Below, piece by piece: positions 16,500 to 18,251 of a stretch of DNA of 18,251 nt. The notes below the pieces were generated by a model. The model ran no database searches. It was given only the letters and a program-made list of their open reading frames with translations, and had not been told where the DNA came from. Location: the NCBI GenBank assembly GCA_041497675.1, contig JBGQGY010000077.1, forward strand, positions 1-18,251. Reading direction: 5' to 3'. The position numbers were made by a program, and so were the translations under genes. The stretch is from a bacterium (lineage in GTDB: Bacteria > Sysuimicrobiota > Sysuimicrobiia > Sysuimicrobiales > Humicultoraceae). Each line of letters starts with the position of its first letter. The first letter of the stretch is position 1.

Positions 16500-17198
16500 T
16501 CACAGATCCGCGATCTGCCAGTCGATCTCGGGGTGTCCGAACCCGCGCAAGGCACGGTTGACCTTCGAGAACGGACGGCTCCAAAAGAATCCATTGTGCG
16601 CCGACATGGGAGACGGGTGCACTCCTGTCACGATCGTATGCCGCCGCCGGTCGATGAGCGTATCCTTTTGGCGGGCATCGCGACCCCACAACACGAACAC
16701 CACCGGGGTCGGCTTCGCGTCCACGAGGCGGATCACCGCATCGGTGAATCTCTCCCACCCGCGTCCGCGATGCGACGCCGGCTGCCCGGCTCGGACGGTC
16801 AGGACCGTGTTGAGCAGCAGCACGCCTTGTTCGGCCCACGGGATCAGACAGCCGTTGTTCGGGATACGGCAATCGACGTCGCTGGCAAGTTCCTTGAAGA
16901 TATTCGCGAGCGAGGCCGGCGGCGGCACACCGGGCTTCACGGAAAACGCGAGCCCATGCGCCTGTCCCGCCCCGGGGTAGGGATCCTGACCGAGCACAAC
17001 AACGCTGACGCGCTCGTACGGCGTGAGCCGAAACGCGGTCTGCACTTCCCGCTCGGGCGGATACACGATGTGGCGCTTGCGCTCTTCAGCCAGGAACTGC
17101 CTGAGCTCTTGAAAATAGGCCTGCGAGACTTCGGACGCCATCAGGCCCTTCCAGCCCTCGCGAACCGGTGGCGTCACAGGGGCTTTTCGAGAAACCAC
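16500..17198 (-). CDS. ung: Uracil-DNA glycosylase, family 1
   Basis: VVVLGQDPY, QAHGLAFSV, PPASLANIFKEL, WAEQGVLLLNTVLTV, SH.G.GWE.FTD, FVLWG and HPSPMS. Alternative start is GTG 17177, overlapping the GNAT stop (GTGA). Confidence 0.96.
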   Translation of the reverse strand: MVSRKAPVTPPVREGWKGLMASEVSQAYFQELRQFLAEERKRHIVYPPEREVQTAFRLTPYERVSVVVLGQDPYPGAGQAHGLAFSVKPGVPPPASLANIFKELASDVDCRIPNNGCLIPWAEQGVLLLNTVLTVRAGQPASHRGRGWERFTDAVIRLVDAKPTPVVFVLWGRDARQKDTLIDRRRHTIVTGVHPSPMSAHNGFFWSRPFSKVNRALRGFGHPEIDWQIADL

Positions 17199-17656
17199 AT
17201 CTTCGATGTGCCGCCGGCTTCGATATTCTGGAACCCGACGTGCTGGTACAAGCGCTGCGCCCGAGGATTGCCGGCCAGGACCTCGAGCGTGATCTTGCAG
17301 CAGCCTCGCTGGCGGGCCACGGACTCAACGCGTTCCAACAGCCTCCGGCCCACCCCGGCGCTGCGCGAGTCTGGAACGACGGCGAGATCGTGGACGTTGA
17401 TGAGCGGCTTCGCCGCAAACGTTGAAAACCCGACGAAGCAGACCGCGATCCCCACGGGTCTGGCGCCGCGGAATGCCAGGAAGATCAGCGACGTCGGGTG
17501 CTCCCGCAAACCGCCGATCAGCTCGGCGCGGACCGCGGCCGGCAGATCCTCGCCCCGCCCCATCGGGTCGCGCGCGTACGCGTTCACCATCTCGAGCACC
17601 GCGTGCTGGTGCGTCGCGTCGTCGAGATTGGCCTGGACGATCGTCACCTCACTCAT
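17174..17656 (-). CDS. GNAT-family N-acetyltransferase
   Basis: LINVHDLAVVPDSRSAGVGRRLL (acetyl-CoA binding motif A), ITLEV, N..AQRLYQHVGF. SD GGAGGAG upstream; 8-nt overlap with the MFS gene. Confidence 0.9.
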   Translation of the reverse strand: MSEVTIVQANLDDATHQHAVLEMVNAYARDPMGRGEDLPAAVRAELIGGLREHPTSLIFLAFRGARPVGIAVCFVGFSTFAAKPLINVHDLAVVPDSRSAGVGRRLLERVESVARQRGCCKITLEVLAGNPRAQRLYQHVGFQNIEAGGTSKMWFLEKPL

Positions 17657-18251
17657 GCGGATGCTCCTCCGGATGAACCGCCGCCGCGGGTCGCCCCATC
17701 GCGTCGTGTCTTCGCCGGTTCGCCCTCAGGGTCGACGGGCGAGGTCGCGGCACGTACAGCAGCGCCGATGCCGCCATGACCGCGGCGCTGGCGATGAACG
17801 ATACGGTAAACCCCGATGACTCCACCAACACGCCCAGCACGATCGGTCCGAGGATGATCCCGATCCGGCTCACCAGCATCCGCGCGCCCATGGCCACACC
17901 TGCGGCATCGGCCGAGAACCCGGCCACCACGGCCGCCGCGACCAGGGTCGAGTACAGCCCGCCCGCGAACCCAAAGATCAAGATCGCCAGCCCCATGCCG
18001 AGCCGCGACACGACCAGAGGCATTGCGAAGATGGAGACGGCCACCCCAATCAGACCGATGATCAGCGTGCGGCCGCGCGTGAGCCTGCGCGTCATCGCGG
18101 GGATGATGGGCCGCACCAACGCATTCGAGACCGCCCGTAGGCCGAAGTAAAAGGCGATCGTCTCCGTGCCCTGGCCCCGTGCGTGGAGCAGCAGCGGGAA
18201 GAACGAGTTCCAAAACGCCATGATCATCTCGCCGGTCAGCGTCACCAGCAG
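17649..18251 (-). CDS. MFS transporter, C-terminal half; the 5' part lies outside the window
   Basis: About six hydrophobic helices, FFPLL, a motif-A-like loop RRLTRGRTL, and G.A.G...SRIGIILGPIVLGVL typical of MFS TM10-12. Confidence 0.8.
   Translation of the reverse strand: MLVTLTGEMIMAFWNSFFPLLLHARGQGTETIAFYFGLRAVSNALVRPIIPAMTRRLTRGRTLIIGLIGVAVSIFAMPLVVSRLGMGLAILIFGFAGGLYSTLVAAAVVAGFSADAAGVAMGARMLVSRIGIILGPIVLGVLVESSGFTVSFIASAAVMAASALLYVPRPRPSTLRANRRRHDAMGRPAAAVHPEEHPHE

Noticed and set aside
15934..17819. ORFs 15934-16872 (-), 15909-16391 (-) and 16428-17819 (+)
   Set aside because: Alternative-frame or antisense overlaps of the Spy-like, ung and GNAT genes with no family motifs.

Overview
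GC-rich bacterial housekeeping region with no mobile element, CRISPR array, rRNA or tRNA that I can see. Most of it is a minus-strand run of about 12 kb: secD-secF-lapA-like-recJ(fusion)-rel-class I/II aminotransferase-class V PLP enzyme-dtd-histidine phosphatase. This run is preceded by a consensus sigma70/SigA promoter. A separately promoted, T-box riboswitch-controlled hisS-aspS operon follows, with aspS cut by the window edge. The order is a rearranged version of the Terrabacteria secDF-recJ-apt-rel-dtd-hisS-aspS neighbourhood. Plus-strand genes are an NTP-transferase, a DUF72 protein and a Spy/CpxP-like protein. At the right end are MFS (partial), GNAT and ung on the minus strand. I cannot show a wholly new system. 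The best candidates for a second look are (1) a 1177-aa RecJ-HIRAN fusion whose C-terminal RecQ-like helicase region has lost its ATPase motifs, (2) an Asp-type T-box with overlapping Asp/His codons (GACAC) ahead of hisS-aspS, (3) a Rel with an intact HD hydrolase motif but a RelA-type EFDD synthetase motif, (4) two coupled PLP enzymes inserted between rel and dtd, and (5) a terminator-like mini-hairpin immediately after the secD promoter. All calls come from motif recognition by eye; no database searches were run.
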